A stretch of 64,000 bases of DNA from Desulfatiglandales bacterium (GCA_963667015.2 CAXXJJ010000001.1:1600001-1664000); one strand, 5' to 3'. Counted from the first letter of the stretch, positions 41,437-50,832 are shown. Notes: generated from the sequence alone by a model not told the origin. Numbers and translations are program-made.

Positions 41437-42261
41437 ATGGAAAAAGAAATACAAAACTGCCCAAATGACCATGGATTAATGGCGGTTAAAACAATTGAAA
41501 AAAATATAACCTTTAAAGGGGAAGAAATAAGTTTTGAGGTTGAGTCGTTTGTTTGTGAGGAGTGTGGAATGGAAGTTGCCACAATTGAACAGGCTGCGAC
41601 CATGCAAAATATTATTGCAGATGCTTACAGAAAAAAAGTGGGTTTGTTGACCGGAGCAGAAATAAGAGAGCAAAGAGAAAAACTTGGCTTAACACAAAAA
41701 GAGTTTTCAAAAAAAGCAGGAGTAGGTATTGCCAGCATTAAAAGATGGGAGAACGGCATCGTTCAAACAAAATCCATGAATGCATCACTTAAAGCAGCAC
41801 TTCAGCACATAAAAGTCGGGAATATTGTCACCGGTAATCGAGTGTTATCAATTGAACGGATAAAGCTTGTAATGAAAGAGCTTGAAAAGGAAACTGGTCA
41901 GGAATTCCTCCAGGACGGAGATATGATGTTAATGGATGCAAAATATTTATGGTATGCCGATATGATAGCTTTTAACAGGCTTGGCAGAAGTATAACTGGC
42001 TCATCATATGCTGCACTCCCGCATGGTCCGCAACTTAATAATTACAAAGAATTAATTGATTTAATCCGCGATTCAGATGAGAAAAAAGCCGAACCGCTTA
42101 CGGATGAAGAAAAAAGAATACTCATAAGAGTAGCGCTTTCATTCCCTGGTAAAGAATCAGTTTTTAAAGCAGCACATCGTGAGGAAGTATGGAAAAATAA
42201 AACTATAGGGTCACTAATACCTTACTCCGATGCGGAGAAGCTTACTGAAATACAAATATAA
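41437..42261 (+). CDS. MqsA-like antitoxin (Zn finger + XRE HTH) fused to a DUF4065/Panacea-like domain
   Basis: CPNDH...CEECG; IREQREKLGLTQ...IKRWENG; KYLWYAD...GRSITG..Y.ALPHGP. Confidence 0.8.
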   Translation: MEKEIQNCPNDHGLMAVKTIEKNITFKGEEISFEVESFVCEECGMEVATIEQAATMQNIIADAYRKKVGLLTGAEIREQREKLGLTQKEFSKKAGVGIASIKRWENGIVQTKSMNASLKAALQHIKVGNIVTGNRVLSIERIKLVMKELEKETGQEFLQDGDMMLMDAKYLWYADMIAFNRLGRSITGSSYAALPHGPQLNNYKELIDLIRDSDEKKAEPLTDEEKRILIRVALSFPGKESVFKAAHREEVWKNKTIGSLIPYSDAEKLTEIQI

Positions 42262-42846
42262 TAAGAGAAGGTGAGAAACCCCTCGTATTATAATATAACG
42301 AGGTGGTCACAATCTGTTGCCACCTCACAATTCTATTATTAATTCTATTCTTGAATGTGGCACATTGAATTTTGAATCAACACCCCTTACAGCCTTAAGC
42401 CCAGTTTTCCCCTGCCCTCTGATTTTTTACCCTGTTAAATCCGCATGGCGGGTTGCGAAGCAAAATTTAACAGAGCAGGGTGAACCGCTTCAGCCTATCT
42501 TTTCAATCTTGAACATTGAATCTGGAATTTTGAATTCTTCAATTATTTCTCCCGGTTAATTGAAGATCTTCTTGCATTTATTACAAAAAAGTCTTAAATC
42601 TTTAGCCAGTGAAATTCATAGCTATGACAGCGAAGCGGATTTCACCGGGCTTAATCCATTATATCTTTCTGGGTATACTGATATACTGTCTTACAAGTCT
42701 TTCAAAATAAAGAATTACCAGTTTTTTTTAAAAAACCATCATCCTATTTTAACAAGAGGGGGAAGTGATATTCGATTATTTAATGATGTCCCCCTTTATT
42801 TACAGGTCTGTAAACAGCACCGGTATGTCTCACATAGGAGAAAAAA

Positions 42847-43131
42847 ATGAAGCAATCTGATATCGAAAGACGTATTATTAAACTCCGCAAGCAACAACGA
42901 AGCGGCAAAATAGTGGCTTATATTAGTGTATTTGCAGGTCTCTTTTGGACGATGCTAGCCTTCATCGATCGTGATGCTGATATTTTTTCCAGCATGCGAT
43001 TTTGGGTGGGAGGCCTTTTTCTTGCGCTCGGAGCTGGTTGGTATCGTCATTATCGAACTGTAAAAGTATTCGATACGTATGTCTCACAATTTCAATCGAT
43101 TAATAACGAGAAAGAAAAAGACATAACATAG
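42847..43131 (+). CDS. Small two-TM membrane protein
   Basis: RBS aggag; two hydrophobic segments. Confidence 0.6.
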   Translation: MKQSDIERRIIKLRKQQRSGKIVAYISVFAGLFWTMLAFIDRDADIFSSMRFWVGGLFLALGAGWYRHYRTVKVFDTYVSQFQSINNEKEKDIT

Positions 43132-43155
43132 ACTTCAGATAATCAGAGATACAGA

Positions 43156-43599
43156 ATGAAAAAAATCTTAATTATCCTAATAATTGCAGGCCTTGGTTAT
43201 GTGGGGTTTCAGCGCTCAGAAGGTAAATTCTCTGCCAGCATCTTTTCAAATTCAGAATCATCAGAAAATGATCAGCTTCTTGCGGATGCATTTAATAATG
43301 AAGAGAGCGGTATCCAGGTCAGTGGATCAGGCAAAGTAATTAGAATTCTGTCGGATGATAACGAAGGAAGCAGGCATCAAAAATTTATTATTAAACTTGG
43401 TTCGGGCCAGACTCTTTTGATTGCACATAATATTGACATAGCTCCAAGAATCAATTCTCTCAGTAAAGGTGATCAAATTGATTTCTGCGGCGAATACGAA
43501 TGGAATTCACAGGGAGGAGTTGTGCATTGGACACACCATGACCCTGATGGATACCATGAAGATGGATGGTTAAAACATAAGGGGAGAAAATATCAATAG
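43156..43599 (+). CDS. DUF3465 family protein
   Basis: DD..GSRHQKF, LIAHNID, GEYEWN..GGV.HWTHHDP. Confidence 0.85.
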   Translation: MKKILIILIIAGLGYVGFQRSEGKFSASIFSNSESSENDQLLADAFNNEESGIQVSGSGKVIRILSDDNEGSRHQKFIIKLGSGQTLLIAHNIDIAPRINSLSKGDQIDFCGEYEWNSQGGVVHWTHHDPDGYHEDGWLKHKGRKYQ

Positions 43600-43721
43600 A
43601 AATGTGTAAGGCTTAACCAATGCTTTTAAAGCCAGGTGAATTCGCAATGATGGTTAAAAGAGCTAAACGGAGATTTAACCTCTTAATAATTTGTTATGGT
43701 AATGTGAGAGATAAAATAACA

Positions 43722-44738
43722 ATGAAGATTCCAACCGATGAAGAGTATCTTATAGAACTTTACGAATTATATAAAGATGAAAAAGTTATTAATATGTTGT
43801 TAAGCGTGCCTAATAACATACAAGACCAGATTATTAATGATATTCTTAACACACCTTCTTGGAAAAATAATAAATATGATAAAAAAGAAGAAATACTCCG
43901 AGAATCGAACCAACCAAAAAAATTTTTTAATGGTTTGCGTATAAAATTATTAAAAGAGGATAGTGAAAGCATACTGGAACCTTGTTATAAATATCTTTCA
44001 TCTATACCTATTGGCTATCTACCAACAAAATATCTCAATGCATGTGCTGTAAAAACCCCAAGAAGTGGGGTAGTGATATTAATGAACTTTGGAATTATTC
44101 TACCATTAGGATTAGTAATAAAATTCTATATATCATTTTGGACATGGTTTTCAACAAAACCGTATTGTCGCGATCACTCACAACATGAATTCGCCCGAGG
44201 AATAATTACTTTGGCAAAATATTGCATTACTTACGATGACAAATACCTAAGAGATGCTCTTAGTCTGAGCTGCCCTTCTATTACGCCTCACGATCAACTA
44301 ATTAATAACTTTTGGATGGTAGCAGAAAAATGGATACTCTTTCATGAATATGGCCATGCCGCATTAAATCATCTTAATACAAAAAATACACAAGTCAGAC
44401 AAATTACATCGAGACTAAGATTGAATTTGTTCAATAAATCTCAGTCTCAAGAGTTCGAAGCAGATCAATTTGCATATGAACAATTTAAAAAAAACAGTAC
44501 AAGTGAAGAACGATTCATGAATGACTTATTCCCTTTTGGTCTTTTATTAAATTTTTTTTCACTATGTGAAATGCTTTGCAAAATATACAAGGAACCAAAT
44601 AGCAAAACTCACCCACCTGCAATAAAACGTTGGGAGAGAATTAAATTATTAGAGGATATTTGTAAAAAACGACCATCAATTGCTTCTGATATAGATAACG
44701 TATTTGCTGCAATATACAAAATTGGGGGAATAATATAA
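43722..44738 (+). CDS. HEXXH zinc metallopeptidase-like protein (Lit/U49 or M48-like)
   Basis: NACA, FHEYGH, EFEADQFA, THPP...R. AT-rich. Confidence 0.7.
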   Translation: MKIPTDEEYLIELYELYKDEKVINMLLSVPNNIQDQIINDILNTPSWKNNKYDKKEEILRESNQPKKFFNGLRIKLLKEDSESILEPCYKYLSSIPIGYLPTKYLNACAVKTPRSGVVILMNFGIILPLGLVIKFYISFWTWFSTKPYCRDHSQHEFARGIITLAKYCITYDDKYLRDALSLSCPSITPHDQLINNFWMVAEKWILFHEYGHAALNHLNTKNTQVRQITSRLRLNLFNKSQSQEFEADQFAYEQFKKNSTSEERFMNDLFPFGLLLNFFSLCEMLCKIYKEPNSKTHPPAIKRWERIKLLEDICKKRPSIASDIDNVFAAIYKIGGII

Positions 44739-45100
44739 GAAAATATACATAATAAATCTATTATTCAAAAATACAAAACTATGGATCTCCAGTTATATTA
44801 TCATCGTCATCATTATTCAAATGATTCAGCTTCACCATAATGTTAAGATATGAAAGATTGGGGAATCCAGTTTTTTAATCATTGAAATCTATCAACAAAA
44901 GGCTGAATCTAATTAGTTTATGAAAATGAAGTTTAACTCTATTTTATTTAACCTTGACTGTTATTTTTGAGAGAAGTAATAAGTAAATTGGTTGTTAGCA
45001 AGCTAAGGACGTATCATTTAAGTCAACAACTTTAAAAAACTAATCTTTAACTTTAAATATTAATTATTCTTTAATGGATAACTTATCGATACACTAAAAT

Positions 45101-46087
45101 ATGAAAGATTTAATCATAAAAGCTTGGCCTGAATTAACGGGTTATAAACCATCAACGATCCGTATTGAAAGATCAGCAGGAACTAAGCATCCACTTTATT
45201 TTGATTTTGCTGGGTGTAAGGAAATATCTTCAACAGGACTTACAGTATGGCTTCTTAGAAGCCTTAGCTTTCTTAAGCAAAGTAAGCATCGACGTGAATA
45301 TTCAACCGAGCTATTTAAAGATAATGAAATATTATATAAGGTCAGACAGCTTTCTTTTTTTTACCACTTAAATCGTTATATTCAGAATAATAATATGTTT
45401 ACGCATGAAACAAATTATGATGGACCTTTTGAAACCCTATACCATACCTCTTTTAATAACAGAGAAGTAATATCTCTTCCAATTTATTGCCTCAATCTAA
45501 ACAGTTTTACTAAAGAAAAAAGGCGCGATGTACTATATCCGTTGCGAAGTATGTTGATGGAAGTGTTAAGTCCATATGGAATGGATTACTATTTTAATCA
45601 ATGTCAATTTATTAGTATAGTCTCAGAGATGTGTAAAAACAGTGCGGATCATACTAATGGAGAGGCCTTTTTGGGTTTAGATTTTGTGTTAATACCAGAA
45701 AAAAAATCTATAGAAATACATTTCGTATTTGGAGACTTGGGTTGTGGAATAAAAAAGAATGTTCAAAAATATTTGTTTTCATTAGATGAACAAAAAAAAC
45801 GTATACCGCATATGAGCTTTAGTGAGGCTTATCGACGTGCTTTGACACGTGGTTTTACAACTAAACCCAATAGTGAATACAATAAAGGCATTGGGATGTC
45901 ATTAATACGCGAAGGCTGTCAAGGGATTGGTGTTGAATTATCAGTGTTTGATGCATTTAGCCGATACCGCCTTTCTTCGGTTTTGAAACTCACTCACGAG
46001 GAGCTGCGTAGATATTTTTATCCTTTTACAAAAGACCAGACCCAGCCATTTTATTATTACGGGGTAATTAGAGGAGAAAAAAAATGA
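45101..46087 (+). CDS. STAS-like domain + GHKL/HATPase (anti-sigma-factor-kinase-like)
   Basis: FDFAGCKEISSTGL (STAS-like); EMCKNSADH (N box), DLGCGI (G1), GFTTK, GIGMSLI (G2). No H-box. Confidence 0.75.
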   Translation: MKDLIIKAWPELTGYKPSTIRIERSAGTKHPLYFDFAGCKEISSTGLTVWLLRSLSFLKQSKHRREYSTELFKDNEILYKVRQLSFFYHLNRYIQNNNMFTHETNYDGPFETLYHTSFNNREVISLPIYCLNLNSFTKEKRRDVLYPLRSMLMEVLSPYGMDYYFNQCQFISIVSEMCKNSADHTNGEAFLGLDFVLIPEKKSIEIHFVFGDLGCGIKKNVQKYLFSLDEQKKRIPHMSFSEAYRRALTRGFTTKPNSEYNKGIGMSLIREGCQGIGVELSVFDAFSRYRLSSVLKLTHEELRRYFYPFTKDQTQPFYYYGVIRGEKK

Positions 46088-46518
46088 AAGAGATAAATAT
46101 ATTACAAGATTATGGAGTATATGAATTGGGAAGTGAGTCAGAAATTAAACCAATTATTGAGAAGATTGATATTAATAATCAAACGCATATCAAACTAGAT
46201 CTGACGGGGTGCCTCCCCGATTACCCAGTGACAAGTCAAATAATTGATAAAATAATTTCTCAGATGAAAAAATTACCTGGCAAAAAATCGCTTGATATTG
46301 TTGTCGAATACTCTCTGCCACATGAAATTTTAATAAATTGGCTCTTTCTAGGAAGCAAAGATTTAAATATTCAAGATGATAAATCTATGCCACTGAAAGA
46401 TATTTGGAATGCGATATATGACGGAATTGAAGAGTCTAGTATAGTGATTAAAATACACATTTATGATAATAAAAGAGAGAATGTAATTGATGAGATCATT
46501 TTCGATAAAAGAATATAA
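46084..46518 (+). CDS. Small STAS-like (DUF4325-like) protein
   Basis: IKLDLTGC motif; ATGA overlap with the HATPase gene. Confidence 0.5.
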   Translation: MKEINILQDYGVYELGSESEIKPIIEKIDINNQTHIKLDLTGCLPDYPVTSQIIDKIISQMKKLPGKKSLDIVVEYSLPHEILINWLFLGSKDLNIQDDKSMPLKDIWNAIYDGIEESSIVIKIHIYDNKRENVIDEIIFDKRI

Positions 46519-48751
46519 TCATATTGCAAAAACATTATTGTTTGAGATTATAGAGAGGATTGCACGATTTCAAATACACCTTGATGAAATCCGAGAACGT
46601 TTTTACTCAACGAATAGCCTCGGACATAATGACAGAAATGCTGAGACGCATTTATTGGATCCATATAGAGAGTGTTTAATGAAAATACTTGAATGTTCTC
46701 AGTCATTATCAAACTCCATATTTTTAAAAGAAAAGACTAATGTTGACGATTTAAGTAGATTTATTCATGAAATTCAATCTCTAATCCACTTAATTAACAA
46801 ATTACACCACAATCTTGGATTTTTACCTCGCCCACCAGAGCCACCAGAGTTGAAGCGGTTTGGAAGGATATTATCAAAATATAGCATGGAGTTATCAGAT
46901 AGCGTTGCTGAAATATTTATATACATAGACGAACAAATTTCTGAAGAATCTTATACTTCTGGTGACCCTCTGTCGGAATTCAAAGAAAAAGAAATTGATA
47001 AAATAATCAACAAAATAAATAAGTTATGTAAATCACAGACCCAATGCTTTTCAACAGACAATAACCGCGAATCAGGAAAGGATGATTTTCATGTTACTAT
47101 TCCACGTATTGATGCAAGTAATCCATGTAGATGGCCTACTTTAGTACATGAATTAGCTCATAAGTTATTTAGATTTATCATTGTAAAAACACCAGACATG
47201 TTAGACGCTTTTAACGCTATTTCCAATGAGATCACAGAGAATATTACCAACAATACACATATAGATAATAAAAGATGGTTAGAAGAATGTTGGTGCGATC
47301 TATTTGGAGCTATTGTTATGGGACCTGCATTTTGGTTCTCCCAAGCATCAGCTTTTCTATTTTGGGGAAAAATCAATGATTTTGGGAAGATTGAACCTAC
47401 GCATCCACCACCACTTTTTAGGTTATTATTAATTACTTCAATACTTCGTCATCGTTTTAAAGATGCCTTCTTTGAAGAATGTGAAATAAGCCTTAATAAG
47501 TATAGACAAATTTTTGATTATTTCGATAACGAGTGTAGCCATAGCGGAGATGGTTTTTTAATTAATTCAGATCTTAGATATATCTTCACCCTTTTAAAAA
47601 GCAAATTTATAAATAACTTTATTTCAGAAAATGAAAAAGGAGTACTGTCTTTCGGACCGCCTGCGTTAAATGAACACATCTCTTCATTTATAAAATATAC
47701 AAGCAGTATAAATGAACCTGTAATCAAAATGATGGTTTCAAGACTTGCAGGAGGTGTACCCGTACCTTCTTATAGAAAGAGCCAAAATGACACCTTTCAA
47801 GAAAGACCGTCTCATGTTCAAGAAATTCTTTTAGCCGCATGGTTGTATAGAACTAATGACTTTAAAAATAATATTATTGAAAATTATATAAAAATATTAA
47901 AGGAAGACGACTTAAATATAAGTGACTTATGGAATAAATTTAACGATACGATTGTAAAAGATTTTAAAGAATTTAACTTTTCAGTTCTCCGCTCTATTCA
48001 AGTTGGTGAATGGTGCCACTTATTAAGTGGAAGTCAAAGTTCAACTGATTACCTCAAAATTTTAAATAATAAGAAAATCAATAAAATTGGCTCTGTTTTA
48101 GCTGATTATGAAATATTTAATTTATTAAAATCTAACAAGCTTTTGATTATCCCATTAATGAACTTACAGGAACAGTTAGGATCAACTTCTTTGGATATAA
48201 GACTCGGGACTTCTTTTCAGATTTTCTATCCTAACCAAGTAGGGATTATCGATTTAACAGACTCTGATTCAATAAGAAATGCTAATATGTTTTCTGATTT
48301 AATCGACTTAGATTATATGCAAGCGGTTACTCTAGCCCCAGGACAATTTGTTTTAGCCCATTCTATGGAATATATTGAACTGCCTGCAAATCTTTCTGCA
48401 GACGTTGAAGGAAGAAGTAGTTTTGCACGCTTAGGGATTGAAGTTCATATGACAGCTAGTTTAATTGACCCTGGATTTCAAGGAGTACTTACCTTTGAAA
48501 TATTTAATGCTGGCCCTAATCCAATAAAGTTATACCCGGGCTTGCGCATTGCACAATTGAGGTTTTTTTCAGGTAACGCTCCACAAAAACCATATAATAA
48601 AAACCCCATTGCAAAATATAGAGGCTTGCTACAACATCATAATAGCTTACAATCAAGTGATTATGAAGTTGAATTATACTCACTTGAAAAATCCAAAGAG
48701 AACATTATTGCTGACAGGAGAATAAATGGAGATACTAGCTTGGATAAATGA
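46490..48751 (+). CDS. Fusion: about 540-aa HEXXH metalloprotease-like domain + dCTP deaminase (trimeric dUTPase fold)
   Basis: LVHELAH, EECWCDLFG...GPAF, THPPP.FR; C-terminal SLDIRLG, EGRSSFARLGI.VH.TA..IDPGFQG.LTFEIFN, PGLRIAQL.F. Confidence 0.85.
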   Translation: MRSFSIKEYNHIAKTLLFEIIERIARFQIHLDEIRERFYSTNSLGHNDRNAETHLLDPYRECLMKILECSQSLSNSIFLKEKTNVDDLSRFIHEIQSLIHLINKLHHNLGFLPRPPEPPELKRFGRILSKYSMELSDSVAEIFIYIDEQISEESYTSGDPLSEFKEKEIDKIINKINKLCKSQTQCFSTDNNRESGKDDFHVTIPRIDASNPCRWPTLVHELAHKLFRFIIVKTPDMLDAFNAISNEITENITNNTHIDNKRWLEECWCDLFGAIVMGPAFWFSQASAFLFWGKINDFGKIEPTHPPPLFRLLLITSILRHRFKDAFFEECEISLNKYRQIFDYFDNECSHSGDGFLINSDLRYIFTLLKSKFINNFISENEKGVLSFGPPALNEHISSFIKYTSSINEPVIKMMVSRLAGGVPVPSYRKSQNDTFQERPSHVQEILLAAWLYRTNDFKNNIIENYIKILKEDDLNISDLWNKFNDTIVKDFKEFNFSVLRSIQVGEWCHLLSGSQSSTDYLKILNNKKINKIGSVLADYEIFNLLKSNKLLIIPLMNLQEQLGSTSLDIRLGTSFQIFYPNQVGIIDLTDSDSIRNANMFSDLIDLDYMQAVTLAPGQFVLAHSMEYIELPANLSADVEGRSSFARLGIEVHMTASLIDPGFQGVLTFEIFNAGPNPIKLYPGLRIAQLRFFSGNAPQKPYNKNPIAKYRGLLQHHNSLQSSDYEVELYSLEKSKENIIADRRINGDTSLDK

Positions 48752-49535
48752 TATCTTTTCTTATTTACTTTCGGTTTCTCATAATCTCTGCTTTTTATTA
48801 GCTTTCCTTGTTGGGTGTGTTTCTGCCTTCGCAGAATTATTAAGCCGATATAGAGAAGGCTTTAAAATACTTAGGTATAAAGAGGCTATGTTATATTTGT
48901 TTATCAATGGGATTTGTGCTGTAATAGCATATTTTGTTATAATCAATTATAAATTTGAACTTGGTCCATTTGCAAAGGGTGAGATAGGTAAAGCATTAAC
49001 CGCTGGATTTGCTTCAATGTTTATATTAAGAAGTTCTTTTGCCAGCATAAAAAATGGTGAAAAAACATTGGATGTAGGCTTCGCACCGATCTTACAAGTA
49101 TTTTTAAATACTATCGATAGGGCATTTGATCAGAGGCGTTCTAAAAATAATATTCAGGAAGTAGGAAAAATTATGAAAGGTGTTAAATTTGTGACCGCAA
49201 ATAATGCTTTGCCACTTTTGTGTATTAGCGCAATGCAAAACTTATCACAAAAAGAACAAAATAGTATTGCGAAAGAAATAGGAGATATAGCAGATCAAAG
49301 TATCCCAGACGATATAAAAGCTCTTAATCTCGGGATAGTATTATCCCGATATACTGATACCCCTCTCTTAGAATCTATTGTTAATGTCTTCCAAGAAGCA
49401 GTCTCTGCTGAACCTCTTAAAGGACAAGATAAAGCATTATCAATACAAGAGCAGAAAGAAAAAATTAAAACAATAAAACAAAAATTTTACACTCTAAGTA
49501 AAAATAAAGGAGAAGAGTATGGAAAAAAATCATAG
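48726..49535 (+). CDS. Membrane protein, about three N-terminal TM helices plus helical soluble domain
   Basis: Hydrophobic segments; ELLSRY, LRSSF, IDRAFD. Overlaps both neighbours. Confidence 0.7.
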   Translation: MEILAWINDIFSYLLSVSHNLCFLLAFLVGCVSAFAELLSRYREGFKILRYKEAMLYLFINGICAVIAYFVIINYKFELGPFAKGEIGKALTAGFASMFILRSSFASIKNGEKTLDVGFAPILQVFLNTIDRAFDQRRSKNNIQEVGKIMKGVKFVTANNALPLLCISAMQNLSQKEQNSIAKEIGDIADQSIPDDIKALNLGIVLSRYTDTPLLESIVNVFQEAVSAEPLKGQDKALSIQEQKEKIKTIKQKFYTLSKNKGEEYGKKS

Positions 49536-49920
49536 TGTATCTCATCTCTCAGGTTTTATTAATGGATATAAAGCGAGTAACATCGCAAGAATAGAGTCCT
49601 CCATAAAATATCATGTCGGTGAAATTAATGATAAAGTTAAATCGTTAATTGGCGATAACAACATAGACGATGAGATACTTAATCCATTAAAAAAAATCTC
49701 ATATATTCTTGATGATGCAGATTCAAACTACACTGATATATTAATCCAATTTGGTGAAGCCTTCAAATTGACTATCTTGCTATGTAAGAATAAAAATATG
49801 GATGATGTTTTAAACGATCCTAAAATAAAAATGATTATTTATCATTATCTTGAATTGGCTGAAAAAATAGAAGACAAGAGACTTAATAATCTTGCAATTG
49901 CTATTGGTGAATTATTGTAG
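49519..49920 (+). CDS. Hypothetical helical protein
   Basis: RBS aaggag; overlaps the upstream gene. Confidence 0.65.
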   Translation: MEKNHSVSHLSGFINGYKASNIARIESSIKYHVGEINDKVKSLIGDNNIDDEILNPLKKISYILDDADSNYTDILIQFGEAFKLTILLCKNKNMDDVLNDPKIKMIIYHYLELAEKIEDKRLNNLAIAIGELL

Positions 49921-49959
49921 AAATTAATAAATTTAAGCTAAACATAATAGATTTTGTTT

Positions 49960-50832
49960 ATGGACCATAAAAAAATTTTACCTCTTAGTGTCTTGTCAGT
50001 TAAAGACTCAACTCTATTTGAGGGGGATAGTTATAAAGTACTTCAACGAATGCCTTCCAATTCTGTTCAAACAGTAATTACATCACCACCATATTGGGGA
50101 TTGCGTGATTATGGTATTAATGGACAGATAGGTTTGGAAACTACACTCCCCCAATTTTTAAATAGGCTCATAGCTGTTTTTAATGAAGTCAAAAGAATAT
50201 TGAAAGATGATGGAACTCTCTGGTTAAATATAGGAGATGGATATACCAGTGGTAATAGAAAATATCGTGCTTATGATAAAAAAAACCCATTAAGAGCAAT
50301 GGTTTCCAGACCCGACACGCCTAAAGGGTTAAAGCGTAAAGACCTTATTGGAATACCTTGGAGGCTAGCTTTTGCATTACAAGATGACGGGTGGTATCTT
50401 CGAAGTGATATCGTTTGGAATAAACCTAATGCAATGCCAGAAAGTGTAAAAGATAGGCCAACGCGATCACATGAATATATTTTTTTATTTTCTAAATCTG
50501 AACATTATTTTTATAATTATCGCGTTGTGAAAGAAATGGGTACAAATGGTGCACTTAGAAATCTGAGAAGTGTCTGGAATGTAAATACTAAAGCATTTCC
50601 TGGTGCCCATTATGCAACATTCCCACAGAAACTAATTGAACCATGTATTAAGGCGACCACAAATGATGGTGATTTTATATTGGATCCATTTTTTGGTACA
50701 GGCACTGTTGGAGCTGCATGCGAACGATATAAAAGGAAATACATAGGCATTGAATTGAATCCTGAATACATATCATTAGCGATAAACCGATTAAATATAT
50801 CACGAAATTCTGTGGTCAAAATTGCTGCTTAA
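49960..50832 (+). CDS. Beta-class N4-cytosine DNA methyltransferase
   Basis: TSPPYW precedes LDPFFGTGT; HYATFP; GIELN..Y. Confidence 0.9.
   Translation: MDHKKILPLSVLSVKDSTLFEGDSYKVLQRMPSNSVQTVITSPPYWGLRDYGINGQIGLETTLPQFLNRLIAVFNEVKRILKDDGTLWLNIGDGYTSGNRKYRAYDKKNPLRAMVSRPDTPKGLKRKDLIGIPWRLAFALQDDGWYLRSDIVWNKPNAMPESVKDRPTRSHEYIFLFSKSEHYFYNYRVVKEMGTNGALRNLRSVWNVNTKAFPGAHYATFPQKLIEPCIKATTNDGDFILDPFFGTGTVGAACERYKRKYIGIELNPEYISLAINRLNISRNSVVKIAA

Noticed and set aside
42317..42850. Two short ORFs as proteins
   Set aside because: They run through repeats and hairpins, with weak starts and no motifs.
38106..43672. DGR template/variable repeat pair
   Set aside because: Differences are not confined to adenines of one copy, and there is no reverse transcriptase.
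42847..45100. Integron cassette array
   Set aside because: A few TAAC/GTT cores near gene ends, but no convincing attC hairpins and no integrase in the window.
46490..48751. AvcD/dCMP-deaminase-type known defence gene
   Set aside because: No HAE...PCxxC motif or P-loop kinase; the deaminase is the dUTPase-fold Dcd type.
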